DNA from: Eledone cirrhosa
Lineage: Eukaryota
Assembly: GCA_964016885.1 (NCBI GenBank)
Contig: OZ024745.1
Span: 81,096,001 to 81,160,000, forward strand
Direction of reading: 5' to 3'
Length of the DNA: 64,000 nucleotides
The notes under the pieces were generated by a model. The model saw only the letters and a program-made list of their open reading frames with translations, was not told where the DNA came from and searched no databases. The translations under genes and the position numbers were made by a program. Position 1 is the stretch's first letter. Each line of letters opens with the position of its first letter. Positions 55,001 to 64,000 of the stretch are shown piece by piece.

Positions 55001-57677
55001 ACTAAGAAGAACACTAAGAAGACGAAGAAGAAGATGAATAAGAAGACTAAGAAGAAGAAGAAGACTAAGAAGATTAAGAAGACTAAGAAAAAGATTAAGA
55101 AGACTAAGAAGAAGACTAAGAAAAAGACTAAGAAGAAGACTAAGAAGAAGAAGAAAACAAAGAAGAAGAAGAAAACAAAGAAGAAGAAGAAAAAGAAGAA
55201 GAAGAAGAAAAAAAAAAGAAGAAAAAGAAGAAGACTCAAAAATTTATTCACAAATATTCAAGCTGAATATCAACCACATCAATCTCACCAATATGGGAAG
55301 GCTTGCACAAGTCAGAGGCCCTGCCTTTCCTTCTATAAAAAAAATTCTGAACTGATATAAAAGCATTTATATATAAATCAACATAAAAATTGGAAACAAT
55401 GTTGTACATACTTTGGCATTCCACTGATGTCTTCTAAGCGGTTTAGTCTTTCCAGCATATTTTCACTGTTAAAAGAATAATGAATAATGAAATTACAGCA
55501 GGATTTGAACTAAGAGCATAAAGACTTGAAACAAATACTGCAAAGTACTTTGTTTGATACTCTACTGATACTACCAATCCACTGCCCTACAAGGCCAGCA
55601 ATTTGAAGAGAAAGTCGATTAAATCAGCCCTAGTACTTTACTGGCGCTTTATTTTATCAACCCCACAAGGATGAAATCCCTCAGAGGGATTTGAACTCAG
55701 AACAGAAAAGGCCTTAATTAAAGACTGCAAAGCATGGTATTTAACATTCTACCGACTTTATTCATTTTGGCAAATTCTTTACACGTTGGAGTATGTGTAC
55801 AGATGTTTTCAAGAGTTGGGTCTCTTCTCTTGCACATCATTTCTGTTTCCTCTTAGATCAAGTTTCTCCCTCAGTTCATCCAAGCTCTGTCATTCCTTCA
55901 CACTAATACTGCACATCCAACGAAGCATGGCTGCTTCATTTCTCTCCAGCCTACACATGTCCTCTGCAGTCATTGCCCATGTTGCACTACCACGCAGCAC
56001 TGCACTTCACACCCATATATATATATATATATTTCTCATTACTTACTCTGGTCCATTTCCTCCATCACCATGACCAAACAAAAACATGGTATGAGATATT
56101 CGTCCTTTATCTTGATAATTCTCCACTGTTTTCAGTACCTATTAATTACAATCAGAGTCTAATATACCTGCTGAAAAGATATTTACCTTTAAAATTTAAG
56201 CATAAAAACCCCAATTTTCACATACATTTTTAACTTAGCCAAAGGTGATAATCTGTAATACAGCTGATAGCTGCTATTTATTTAATACTTAATACTGCTG
56301 CAAGAGTATGGAAGGAGTCTTCTTCTTCACCTACTTTTTCAGTGTCTACCCCTGGGTTTCCTACCTGTTGGTTTTGCCTGTAAAATCTGTCCTGCGATTC
56401 TTTCCTGAGACATTCTAACCACATTCCCATAGTATGCCCAGTATGGTAAAGGACAAATTAACAAGTTTTAGGAAAATATTAATGAAAAAAATTGTTGTCA
56501 GAGAAAAATAGTTTGTGGGTTGTTTGAGACCTCTGTTATGATATCTAGTTTGCAATCCCCTATTTCTAAATTTTCAATTACACCAGTAAGGATCTAGCTA
56601 TTTATCTTTCCTATAAATTTCAACAGAAGCTTGTTTTTTCATGTGCTTTTTTTGACATTGCATTTTAATGTGTACTAGCCTCGATCTGGAAAAACAATAA
56701 GAAATGTAAGCACTTTACATACTTCTTCAACTGTTCCGGACATTTCATATGAGTCACCAGGAGGAAAGTGAGTTAGTACACGGGTGCCGTCAAGACCTTC
56801 CCACCAGAAAGTATGGTGCTGAAAAGTAAGGAAAATAAAATTAAAAAAATAAAAAGAATTTATCAATCATTTTATAAAAAAAATGTGACATTTAAGCCAG
56901 TGCATGACACTGATATAAAAACTAGACTTACTACACGGACCACATTGCAATTTTTCTTTCAATTCTTAATGAAATTAAATTATTTAAAAAAATGAATGTA
57001 CATATTGGAAGGACTCATTATTTATGTTGGCGACATGACAACCTCCTAATACATGCTGTAAAGTGGTTACTGACAGGAAGGGCATGCAGCCATTGAAAGC
57101 TTGCCAAAGAAAGGGTTTGGAGGATCCTTAAGTTTGTATCAAAAGACATGAGACCTTCTCTACAGTCAATAGAATGTATGACCATAAATAAGCAGGATGC
57201 AGGCCTGTCAGCCTGTCTGGGACGTCAGTAGCCCTGCTTCACAACTGACTTGGTCTATGTAGACTCATCCAGCCCTTGCTAGTAGGGAAAGCAGACGTTA
57301 AGTTATGATGATGATGATAAAGGCAATGACGATGATGATGATGATGAGCATAAACATTTTAATTGGAAATAATTTTCATAAAGAAAAGAGCACCTTAACT
57401 CAATGATTAATATATTTTAATAATTTAGGCAAAAATGTTTTGATCTGATATCATGCATGAGCTAAAAGAAGGATCTCACATCTAAAAATTCACTCGCTTT
57501 TAAAATATGAGAAAAACTTAGGAAAGCAATGAGATTACGCAAGAATATAAATGTACTTACAGGAAATTTATTTACAAGATTCCAATTCATCTTTTGAGTT
57601 ACAAACTTGTTTATGCCAAAATATTGCATTATTTGAGGAAGTTGCACAGAATAACCAAATGTGTCAGGAATCCATAG
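10284..57677 (-). CDS. MAN2C1: Alpha-mannosidase 2C1 (GH38, cytosolic), partial gene: 18 spliced exons, 572 codons, 5' and 3' ends outside window
   Basis: All 18 exons have GT..AG boundaries with matching phases. The joined peptide follows the recalled human MAN2C1 order: [92 protein letters not shown]. Confidence 0.96.
10540..10860 (+). mobile_element. Old RTE-type 3' remnant with GAA tail
   Basis: Degenerate [14 protein letters not shown] followed by GAAGAAGAAGAA. Confidence 0.5.
11211..11660 (+). mobile_element. Tandem pair of diverged tRNA-headed SINE-like units
   Basis: Heads GGGTTGTTTAGCTTAATGGTA (~11212) and GGGCTGTTTACCTCAATGGTT (~11480), each followed by a shared TTTTCCAT..AGGGGTATTTT..TTTTCTAA..TTATAGCAA body. 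Confidence 0.5.
11750..11829 (-). CDS. MAN2C1: MAN2C1 exon [26 protein letters not shown]
   Basis: Acceptor tttcag, donor GTAAAG, 80 nt, phase 2/1. Confidence 0.95.
11960..12069 (-). CDS. MAN2C1: MAN2C1 exon [36 protein letters not shown]
   Basis: AAG acceptor, donor GTAAGT, 110 nt, phase 0/2. Confidence 0.95.
12425..12600. repeat. CT-rich minisatellite (CTCTCCTACCATCACACCTCCCTGTTGCT)
   Basis: About 4 imperfect copies. Confidence 0.85.
13049..13538 (-). mobile_element. RTE 3' fragment, degenerate
   Basis: Reverse complement resembles ~5950-6431, including the (TGA)n tail. Confidence 0.85.
13646..13789 (-). CDS. MAN2C1: MAN2C1 exon [15 protein letters not shown]...[10 protein letters not shown]
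   Basis: Acceptor ttacag, donor GTGAGT, 144 nt. Confidence 0.96.
14430..15010 (-). mobile_element. Relic of a restriction-like-endonuclease non-LTR element (HERO/NeSL-like)
   Basis: Degenerate translation [43 protein letters not shown] resembles the RPD..ELTVPWE..KY RLE motif. Confidence 0.6.
15430..15614 (-). mobile_element. tRNA-derived SINE (same family as 30124-30310)
   Basis: A box TGGCAGTATCGG, B box GAGTTCAAATCC, body CTTTCATCCTTACGGGGTCGATAAAAT; flanking direct repeat GGTGTAGAATAAATATT (15413 and 15622). Confidence 0.88.
15861..15947 (-). CDS. MAN2C1: MAN2C1 exon [29 protein letters not shown]
   Basis: Acceptor tttcag, donor GTAAAT, 87 nt; aligns to human LDVGCPYVRFHTE. Confidence 0.93.
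16437..16506 (-). CDS. MAN2C1: MAN2C1 exon [23 protein letters not shown]
   Basis: Acceptor ttttag, donor GTAAGC, 70 nt, phase 2/0. Confidence 0.87.
17053..17275 (-). mobile_element. piggyBac-type MITE
   Basis: CCCTTTAG...CTAAAGGG termini, TTAA at right; reverse copy of 20167-20377. Confidence 0.8.
17682..18052. repeat. Near-perfect palindrome: 182-bp arms, 7-nt spacer
   Basis: 17682-17863 is the reverse complement of 17871-18052 with two mismatches seen; spacer CGTAAAA. Confidence 0.97.
19341..19933. mobile_element. hAT-type non-autonomous DNA transposon with a nested CR1/L2-like 3' fragment (~19640-19915)
   Basis: TIRs CAGTGATTCCCAAC / GTTGGGAACCACTG; perfect 8-bp TSD ATGTAGAG; insert encodes [19 protein letters not shown] and ends in (ATT)n. 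Confidence 0.88.
20167..20377 (+). mobile_element. piggyBac-type MITE
   Basis: TTAA TSD on both sides; TIR CCCTTTAGCATTTA / TAAATGCTAAAGGG. Confidence 0.92.
20530..20634 (-). CDS. MAN2C1: MAN2C1 exon [34 protein letters not shown]
   Basis: Acceptor ttttag, donor GTAAAT, 105 nt, phase 2/2. Confidence 0.96.
21353..21447 (-). CDS. MAN2C1: MAN2C1 exon [31 protein letters not shown]
   Basis: Acceptor cactag, donor GTAAGA, 95 nt, phase 0/2; aligns to human LDNGIIRVKLDPTGRLTSL. Confidence 0.9.
22791..23865 (+). mobile_element. Two stacked RTE 3' fragments plus an RTE-tailed SINE-like end
   Basis: [14 protein letters not shown] + TGA tail at ~22990; second fragment [23 protein letters not shown]; GGAAGGGCATCCAGC domain and (GAT)n tail to 23865. 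Confidence 0.88.
24133..24206 (-). CDS. MAN2C1: MAN2C1 exon (A)[24 protein letters not shown]
   Basis: Acceptor ttccag, donor GTAAGC, 74 nt, phase 1/0; GY motif as in human VPSMGY. Confidence 0.78.
24535..24613 (-). CDS. MAN2C1: MAN2C1 exon [26 protein letters not shown]
   Basis: AAG acceptor, donor GTATGG, 79 nt, phase 0/1; NTLxWxRxEV motif. Confidence 0.84.
24780..25790 (+). mobile_element. Relic of an R4/Dong-like RLE non-LTR element
   Basis: [21 protein letters not shown] (zinc knuckle/RH), [37 protein letters not shown]. Confidence 0.7.
27234..27672 (-). mobile_element. RTE 3' fragment
   Basis: [32 protein letters not shown], degenerate TGA tail. Confidence 0.9.
27935..28170 (+). mobile_element. 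Old RTE-type remnant
   Basis: [12 protein letters not shown] ... GRPLKR. Confidence 0.55.
28612..28696. repeat. ~20-bp tandem repeat AATATTTGAAGTTATATT x4
   Basis: Seen directly. Confidence 0.85.
29920..29969 (-). CDS. MAN2C1: MAN2C1 exon (H)[16 protein letters not shown]
   Basis: Acceptor ttttag, donor GTAAGT, 50 nt, phase 1/0; aligns to human DIRSHGNTLLSAA. Confidence 0.86.
30124..30310 (+). mobile_element. tRNA-derived SINE with 16-bp TSD
   Basis: A/B boxes; TSD ATTATATATGGAYGCC at 30108-30123 and 30311-30326. Confidence 0.9.
30387..30428 (+). mobile_element. Left end of a piggyBac-type MITE interrupted by a minus-strand SINE-like element
   Basis: TTAACCCTTTAGCATTTACATTACTCTATATTTACTATTGTATTT identical to the 20167 copy, then CTACAGCTGGATGCCCTTCC. 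Confidence 0.75.
30915..31115 (+). mobile_element. RTE-tailed SINE body (5' truncated)
   Basis: GGAAGGGCACCCAGCTGTAGAAA..CCATGCTAACGTGG..GGACGTAAAA..(GAT)n; close to the 32063 copy. Confidence 0.8.
31388..31592 (+). mobile_element. piggyBac-type MITE
   Basis: TTAA flanks; same family as 20167-20377; right TIR has two substitutions. Confidence 0.85.
31718..31748 (-). CDS. MAN2C1: MAN2C1 31-nt exon [10 protein letters not shown]
   Basis: Acceptor caatag, donor GTAAGT, phase 0/1; aligns to human VAEEAMCHYE. Confidence 0.87.
31910..32050 (+). mobile_element. tRNA-derived SINE, older copy
   Basis: B box GAGTTCAAATCCC and a degenerate family body. Confidence 0.7.
32063..32340 (+). mobile_element. 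tRNA-headed SINE with RTE-type 3' end
   Basis: A box TGGCTTAGTGG, B box GAGTTCAATTC, CCTTGAGCAAGACACTT, GGAAGGGCACCCAGC, tail GGACGTAAAACG(TGA)n. Confidence 0.85.
32364..32537 (-). CDS. MAN2C1: MAN2C1 exon MKMYNRKCE...[20 protein letters not shown] (Zn-ligand His in FHD)
   Basis: Acceptor ttttag, donor GTTAGT, 174 nt. Confidence 0.95.
32627..32776. repeat. Two (GA)n microsatellites
   Basis: Seen directly. Confidence 0.95.
33690..34203 (+). mobile_element. RTE 3' fragment, degenerate
   Basis: [33 protein letters not shown] and degenerate TGA tail. Confidence 0.85.
35255..35816. repeat. 21-bp minisatellite TTTAATAAGTGATCCAGTGTC
   Basis: About 26 tandem copies with recurring variants. Confidence 0.95.
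36128..36254 (-). CDS. MAN2C1: MAN2C1 exon [10 protein letters not shown]...[19 protein letters not shown]
   Basis: Acceptor cttcag, donor GTAAAA, 127 nt, phase 2/0. Confidence 0.95.
37510..55236. repeat. 17.7-kb GAA-derived satellite (GAAGACTAA / GAAGACGAA / GAAGAGGGAA units) with higher-order structure
   Basis: Continuous array filling most of MAN2C1 intron 36255-55411. Confidence 0.98.
55412..55465 (-). CDS. MAN2C1: MAN2C1 exon (D)[17 protein letters not shown](K)
   Basis: Acceptor aacag, donor GTATGT, 54 nt, phase 2/2; matches human TMLDRLKRLSNTDGLPR. Confidence 0.92.
55800..56012 (-). mobile_element. RTE internal fragment
   Basis: Reverse complement resembles ~5970-6180 ([23 protein letters not shown]). 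Confidence 0.8.
56047..56138 (-). CDS. MAN2C1: MAN2C1 exon [30 protein letters not shown] (GxGDGG motif, probable acid/base Asp)
   Basis: Acceptor aatag, donor GTAAGT, 92 nt, phase 0/2. Confidence 0.93.
56723..56818 (-). CDS. MAN2C1: MAN2C1 exon [32 protein letters not shown]
   Basis: Acceptor tttcag, donor GTATGT, 96 nt. Confidence 0.95.
57561..57677 (-). CDS. MAN2C1: MAN2C1 exon [39 protein letters not shown] (catalytic nucleophile Asp motif)
   Basis: Acceptor tttatag, donor GTAAGT, 117 nt, phase 0/0. Confidence 0.95.
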
Positions 57678-57711
57678 CTATAAAGTAAATAACATTGATT
57701 GTTAAAGATTA

Positions 57712-60700
57712 CCATGAAACAACATCCTCAGACACACAACATGAAACAACATCAGACACACAACATGAAACAACATCAACAGACACACAACATGAAACAA
57801 CATCAGACACACAACATGAAACAACATCAGACACACAACATGAAACGACATCAGACACACAACATGAAACAACATCAACAGACACACAACATGAAACAAC
57901 ATCCTCAGACACATAACATGAAACATCCTCAGACACACAACATGAAACAACATCAGACACACAACATGAAACAACATCAGACACACAACATGAAACAACA
58001 TCAGACACACAAAATGAAAAAACATCATCAGACACACAGCATGAAACAACATCAGACACACAGCATGAAACCACATCAGACACACAACATGAAACAACAA
58101 CATCAGACACACAACATGAAAAAACATCAGACACACAACATGAAACAACATCAACAGACACACAACATGAAACAACATCCTCAGACACACAACATGACAC
58201 ACAACATGAAACAACATCAGACACACAACATGAAACAACATCAGACACACAACATGAAACAACAACATCAGACACACAACATGAAAAAACATCAGACACA
58301 CAACATGAAACAACATCAACAGACACACAACATGAAACAACATCCTCAGACACACAACATGACACACAACATGAAACAACATCAGACACACAACATGAAA
58401 CAACATCATCAGACACACAACATGAAACAACATCATCAGACACACAACATGAAACAACATCATCAGACACACAGCATGAAACAACATCAGACACACAACA
58501 TGAAACAACATCAACAGACACACAACATGAAACAACATCAGACACACAACATGAAACAACATCCTCAGACACACAACATGAAACAACATCAGACACACAA
58601 CATGAAACAACATCAACAGACACACAACATGAAACAACATCAGACACACAGCATGAAACAACATCCTCAGTCACACAACATGACACAACATAAGACACAC
58701 AGCATGAAACAACATCATCAGACACACAACATGAAACAACACCATCAGACACACAGCATGAAACAACAACAGACACACAACATGAAACATCATCAGACAC
58801 ACAACATGAAACATCATCAGACACACAACATGAAACATCATCAGACACACAACATGAAACAACATCATCAGATACACAACATGAAACAACATCATCAGAC
58901 ACACAACATGAAACAACATCAACAGACACACAACATGAAACAACATCAGACACACAACATGAAACCACATCAGACACACAATATGAAACAACATCAACAG
59001 ACACACAATATGAAACAACATCAACAGATACACAACATGAAACAACATCAGACACACAACATGAAACAACAGCAACAGACACACAACATGAAACAACAGC
59101 AACAGACACACAACATGAAACAACAACAGACACACCACATGAAACCACATCAGACACACAACATGAAACAACATCAATAGACACACAACATGAAACAACA
59201 TCAACAGACACACAACATGAAACAACATCATCAGACACACAACATGAAACAACATCAGACACACAACATGAAACAACATCAACAGACACACAACATGAAA
59301 CAACATCAGACACACAACATGAAACATCATCAGACACACAACATGAAACATCAACAGACACACAACATGAAACTACATCATCAGACACACAACATGAAAC
59401 AACAGACACACAACATGAAACAACATCATCAGACACACAACATGAAACAACATCAGACACACAACATGAAACAACAGACACACAACATGAAACAACATCA
59501 ACAGACACACAACATGAAACAACATCAGACACACAACATGAAACATCATCAGACATACAACATGAAACAACATCAGATATACAACATGAAAAAACAACAA
59601 CAGACACACCACATAAAACAAGATCATCAGACACACAACATGAAACAAAATCGTCAGACACACAACATGAAACAACATCATCAGACACACAACATGAAAC
59701 AACATCAGACACACAACATGAAACAACATCATCAGACACACAACATGAAACATCATCAGACACACAACATGAAACATCATCAGATACACAACATGAAACA
59801 ACATCAGCCACACAACATGAAACAAAATCAGACACACAACATAAAACAACAGACACACCACATGAAACAAGATCAGCAGACACACAACATGAAACAACAT
59901 CAGCCACACAACATGAAACAAAATCAGACACACAACATAAAACAACAGACACACCACATGAAACAAGATCAGCAGACACACAAAATGAAACAACAACAGA
60001 CACACAATATGAAACATCATGAGATACACAACATAATCAGACACACAACATGAAACAACATCATGAGACACACAACATGAAACAACATCAGACACACAAC
60101 ATGAAACAACAGACACACAACATGAAACAACATCATCAGACACACAACATGAAACAACATCAACAGACACACAACATGAAACAACATCAGACACACAACA
60201 TGAAAAAACAACAGACACACAACATGAAACAACATCCTCAGACACACAACATCAAACAACATCAGACACACAACATGAAACAACATCAGACACACAACAT
60301 GAAACATCATCAGACATACAACATGAAACAACATCAACAGACACACGACATCAGACACACAACATGAAACCATTAGACACACAACATGAAACAACATCAG
60401 ACACACAACATGAAACATCATCAGACACACAACATGAAACAACAGATACACAACATGAAACAACAACAGACACACAACATGAAACAACAACAGACACACA
60501 ACATGAAACAACAACAGACACACAACATGAAACAACAACAGACACACAACATGAAACAACATCAGACACACAACATGAAACAACATCAGACACACAACAT
60601 GAAACAACATCATCAGATACACAACATGAAACAACATCAGACACACAACATGAAACAACATCAACAGACACACAACATGTAACAACATCAGACACACAAC

Positions 60701-63700
60701 ATGAAACAACAACAGACACACAACATGAAACAACATCCTCAGACACACAATATGAAACAACATCAACAGACACACAACATGAAACAACATCCTCAGACAC
60801 ACAACATGAAACAACATCCTCAGACACACAACATGAAACAACATCATCATCTAACACACAACATGAAACAACATCAACAGACACACAACATGAAACATCA
60901 ACAGATACACAACATGAAACAACATCAGACACACAACATGAACAACATGAAACAACATCAACAGACACACAACATGAAACAACATCAACAGACACACAAC
61001 ATGTAACAACATCAAACACACAACATGAAACAACATCAACATGAAACAACACACAACATGAAACAACAACAGACACACAACATGAAACAACATCCTCAGA
61101 CACACAACATGAAACAACAACAACAGACACACAACATGAAACAACAACAACAGACACACAACATGAAACAACATCAGACACACAACATGAAACACCATCA
61201 TCAGACACACAACATGAAAAAACAACAGACACACAACATGAAACAACATCCTCAGACACACAACATGAAACAACAACAGACACACAACATGAAACAACAT
61301 CAGACACACAACATGAAACAACATCAGACACACCACATGAAACAACATCAGACACACAACATGAAACATCAACAGACACACAACATGAAACAACATCAGA
61401 CACACAACATGAAACAACAACAGACACACAACATGAAACAACATCAACAGACACACAACATGAAACAACATCAGACCCACAACATGAAACAACATCATCA
61501 GATACACAACATGAAACAACATGAGACACACAACATGAAACATCAACAGACACACAACATGAAACAACAACAGACACACAACATGAAACAACATCAGACA
61601 CACAACATGAAACATCATCAGACACACAACATGAAACAACATCATCAGATACACAACATGAAACAACATCATCAGATACACAACATGAAACAACATCATC
61701 AGATACACAACATGAAACAACATCAGACACACAACATGAAACAACATCATCAGACACACAACATGAAACAACATCAGACACACAACATGAAACAACATCA
61801 ACAGACACACAACATGAAACAACAACAGACACACAACATGAAACAACATCCTCAGACACACAACATGAAACAACATCCTCAGACACACAACATGAAACAA
61901 CATCAGACATACAACATGAAACAACATCATCAGATACACAACATGAAACAACATCATCAGATACACAACATGAAACAACATCAGACACACAACATGAAAC
62001 ATCAACAGACACACAACATGAAACAACAACAGACACACAACATGAAACAACATCAGACACACAATATGAAACAACAACAGACACACTACATGACAACATC
62101 AGACACACAACATGAAACAACATCAGACACACAACATGAAACAACATCAGCAGACACACAACATGAAACAACATCAACAGACACACAACATGAAACAACA
62201 TCAACAGACACACAACATGAAACAACATCATCAGACACACAACATAAAACAACATCATCAGACACACAACATGAAACAACATCATCTAACACACAACATG
62301 AAACAACATCAACAGACACACAACATGAAACAACAACATCAGACACACAGCATGAAACAACATCAAGAGACACACAACATGAAACAACATCATCAGACAC
62401 ACAACATGAAACAACATCATCAGACACACAACATAAAACAACATCATCAGACACACAACATGAAACAACATCATCAGACAGACAACATGAAAAAACATCA
62501 GACACACAACATGAAACAACATCAGACACACAACATGAAACATCATCAGACACACAACATGAAACAACATCAACAGACACACAACATGAAACAACATCAG
62601 ACACACAACATGAAACAACATCAGATACACAACATGAAACGACAGCAACAGACACACAACATGAAACAACATCATCAGACACACAACATGAAACAACATC
62701 AGACACACAACATGAAACGACATCATCAGACACACAGCATGAAACAACATCAGACACACAACATGAAACAACATCAACAGACACACATGAAACAACATCA
62801 ACAGACACACATGAAACAACATCAACAGACACACAACATGAAACAACATCATCAGACACACAACATGAAACAACATCATCAGATACACAACATAAAACAC
62901 CATCCTCAGACACACAACATGAAACAACAACCGACACACAACATGAAACAACATCAGACACACAACATGAAACAACATCAGACACACAACATGAAACAAC
63001 AACAGACACACCACATGAAACATCAGACACACAACATGAAACAACATCAGACACACAACATGAAACAACATCAGACACACAACATGAAACAACATCAGAC
63101 ACACAACATGAAACAACATCAGACACACAACATGAAACAACATCAGACACACAACATGAAACAACATCAACAGACACACAACAAGAAACAACAACAGACA
63201 CACAACATGAAACAACATCAGACACACAACATGAAACAACATCAGACACACAACATGAAACAACATCAGACACACAACATGAAACATCAACAGACACACA
63301 ACATGAAACATCAACAGACACACAACATGAAACATCAACAGACACACAACATGAAACAACATCAGACACACAACATGAAACAACATCATCAGACACACAA
63401 TATGACACAACATCAGACACACAACATGAAACAACATCAACAGACACACAACATGAAACAACATCAACAGATACACAACATGAAGCAACATCAAACACAC
63501 AACAGACACACAACATGAAACAACATCAACAGACACACAACATAAAACAACATCATCAGACACACAACATGAAACAACATCAACAGACACACAACATAAA
63601 ACAACATCATCAGACACACAACATGAAACAACATCAACAGACACACAACATGAAACAACATCAGAGACACAACATGAAACAACAACAGACACACAACATG

Positions 63701-64000
63701 AAACAACATCCTCAGACACACAACATGAAACAACATCATCAGATACACAACATGAAACAACATCAGACACACAACATGAAACAACATCAACAGACACACA
63801 ACATGAAACAACATCCTCAGACACACAACATGAAACAACATAATCATCTAACACACAACATGAAACAACATCAACAGACACACAACATGAAACAACATAA
63901 TCATCTAACACACAACATGAAACAACATCAACAGATACACAACATGAAGCAACATCAGACACACAACAAGAAACAACAACAGACACACAACATGAAACAA
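57712..64000. repeat. >6.2-kb satellite, 21/24-bp unit CAGACACACAACATGAAACAACAT(CAT/CAA/CCT), runs off the right edge
   Basis: Seen directly; intronic, upstream of the WIPDTFG exon. Confidence 0.98.

Noticed and set aside
57695-63986. Long QTHNMK / DTQHETT / VSCC repeat ORFs resembling mucins or metal-binding proteins
   Set aside because: Open in several frames on both strands because unit lengths are multiples of 3; frames switch at random; no unique coding flanks

Overview
AT-rich, repeat-dense animal genomic DNA; the mix of RTE LINEs, SINEs, Penelope elements and (TA)n arrays suggests a mollusc, probably an octopus (inference). The whole window lies inside one minus-strand gene, cytosolic alpha-mannosidase MAN2C1 (GH38). 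I reconstructed 18 GT-AG exons between 57677 and 10284 that splice in frame (1716 nt, 572 codons). The 5' and final 3' exons are not in the window. The introns hold several notable things. (i) A nest at 1-10170 in one TA/TAGA microsatellite contains two Penelope-like elements (RT + CxC-x5-C-x5-C + GIY-YIG) with minimal hammerhead ribozymes and a near-complete RTE LINE with a PHD finger inside its RT region. (ii) One intact hammerhead sits in an inverted pseudo-LTR, in the same sense as the MAN2C1 pre-mRNA. (iii) A 182-bp-arm palindrome is centred on an RTE 3' end. (iv) There are piggyBac- and hAT-type MITEs, tRNA SINEs and RLE-type LINE relics. (v) Two giant intronic satellites (17.7 kb GAA-derived 9-mer with ~2.2 kb higher-order repeats, and a >6 kb 21-24-mer) bracket the four catalytic-domain exons. 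Coordinates were counted by hand and degenerate element boundaries are approximate.
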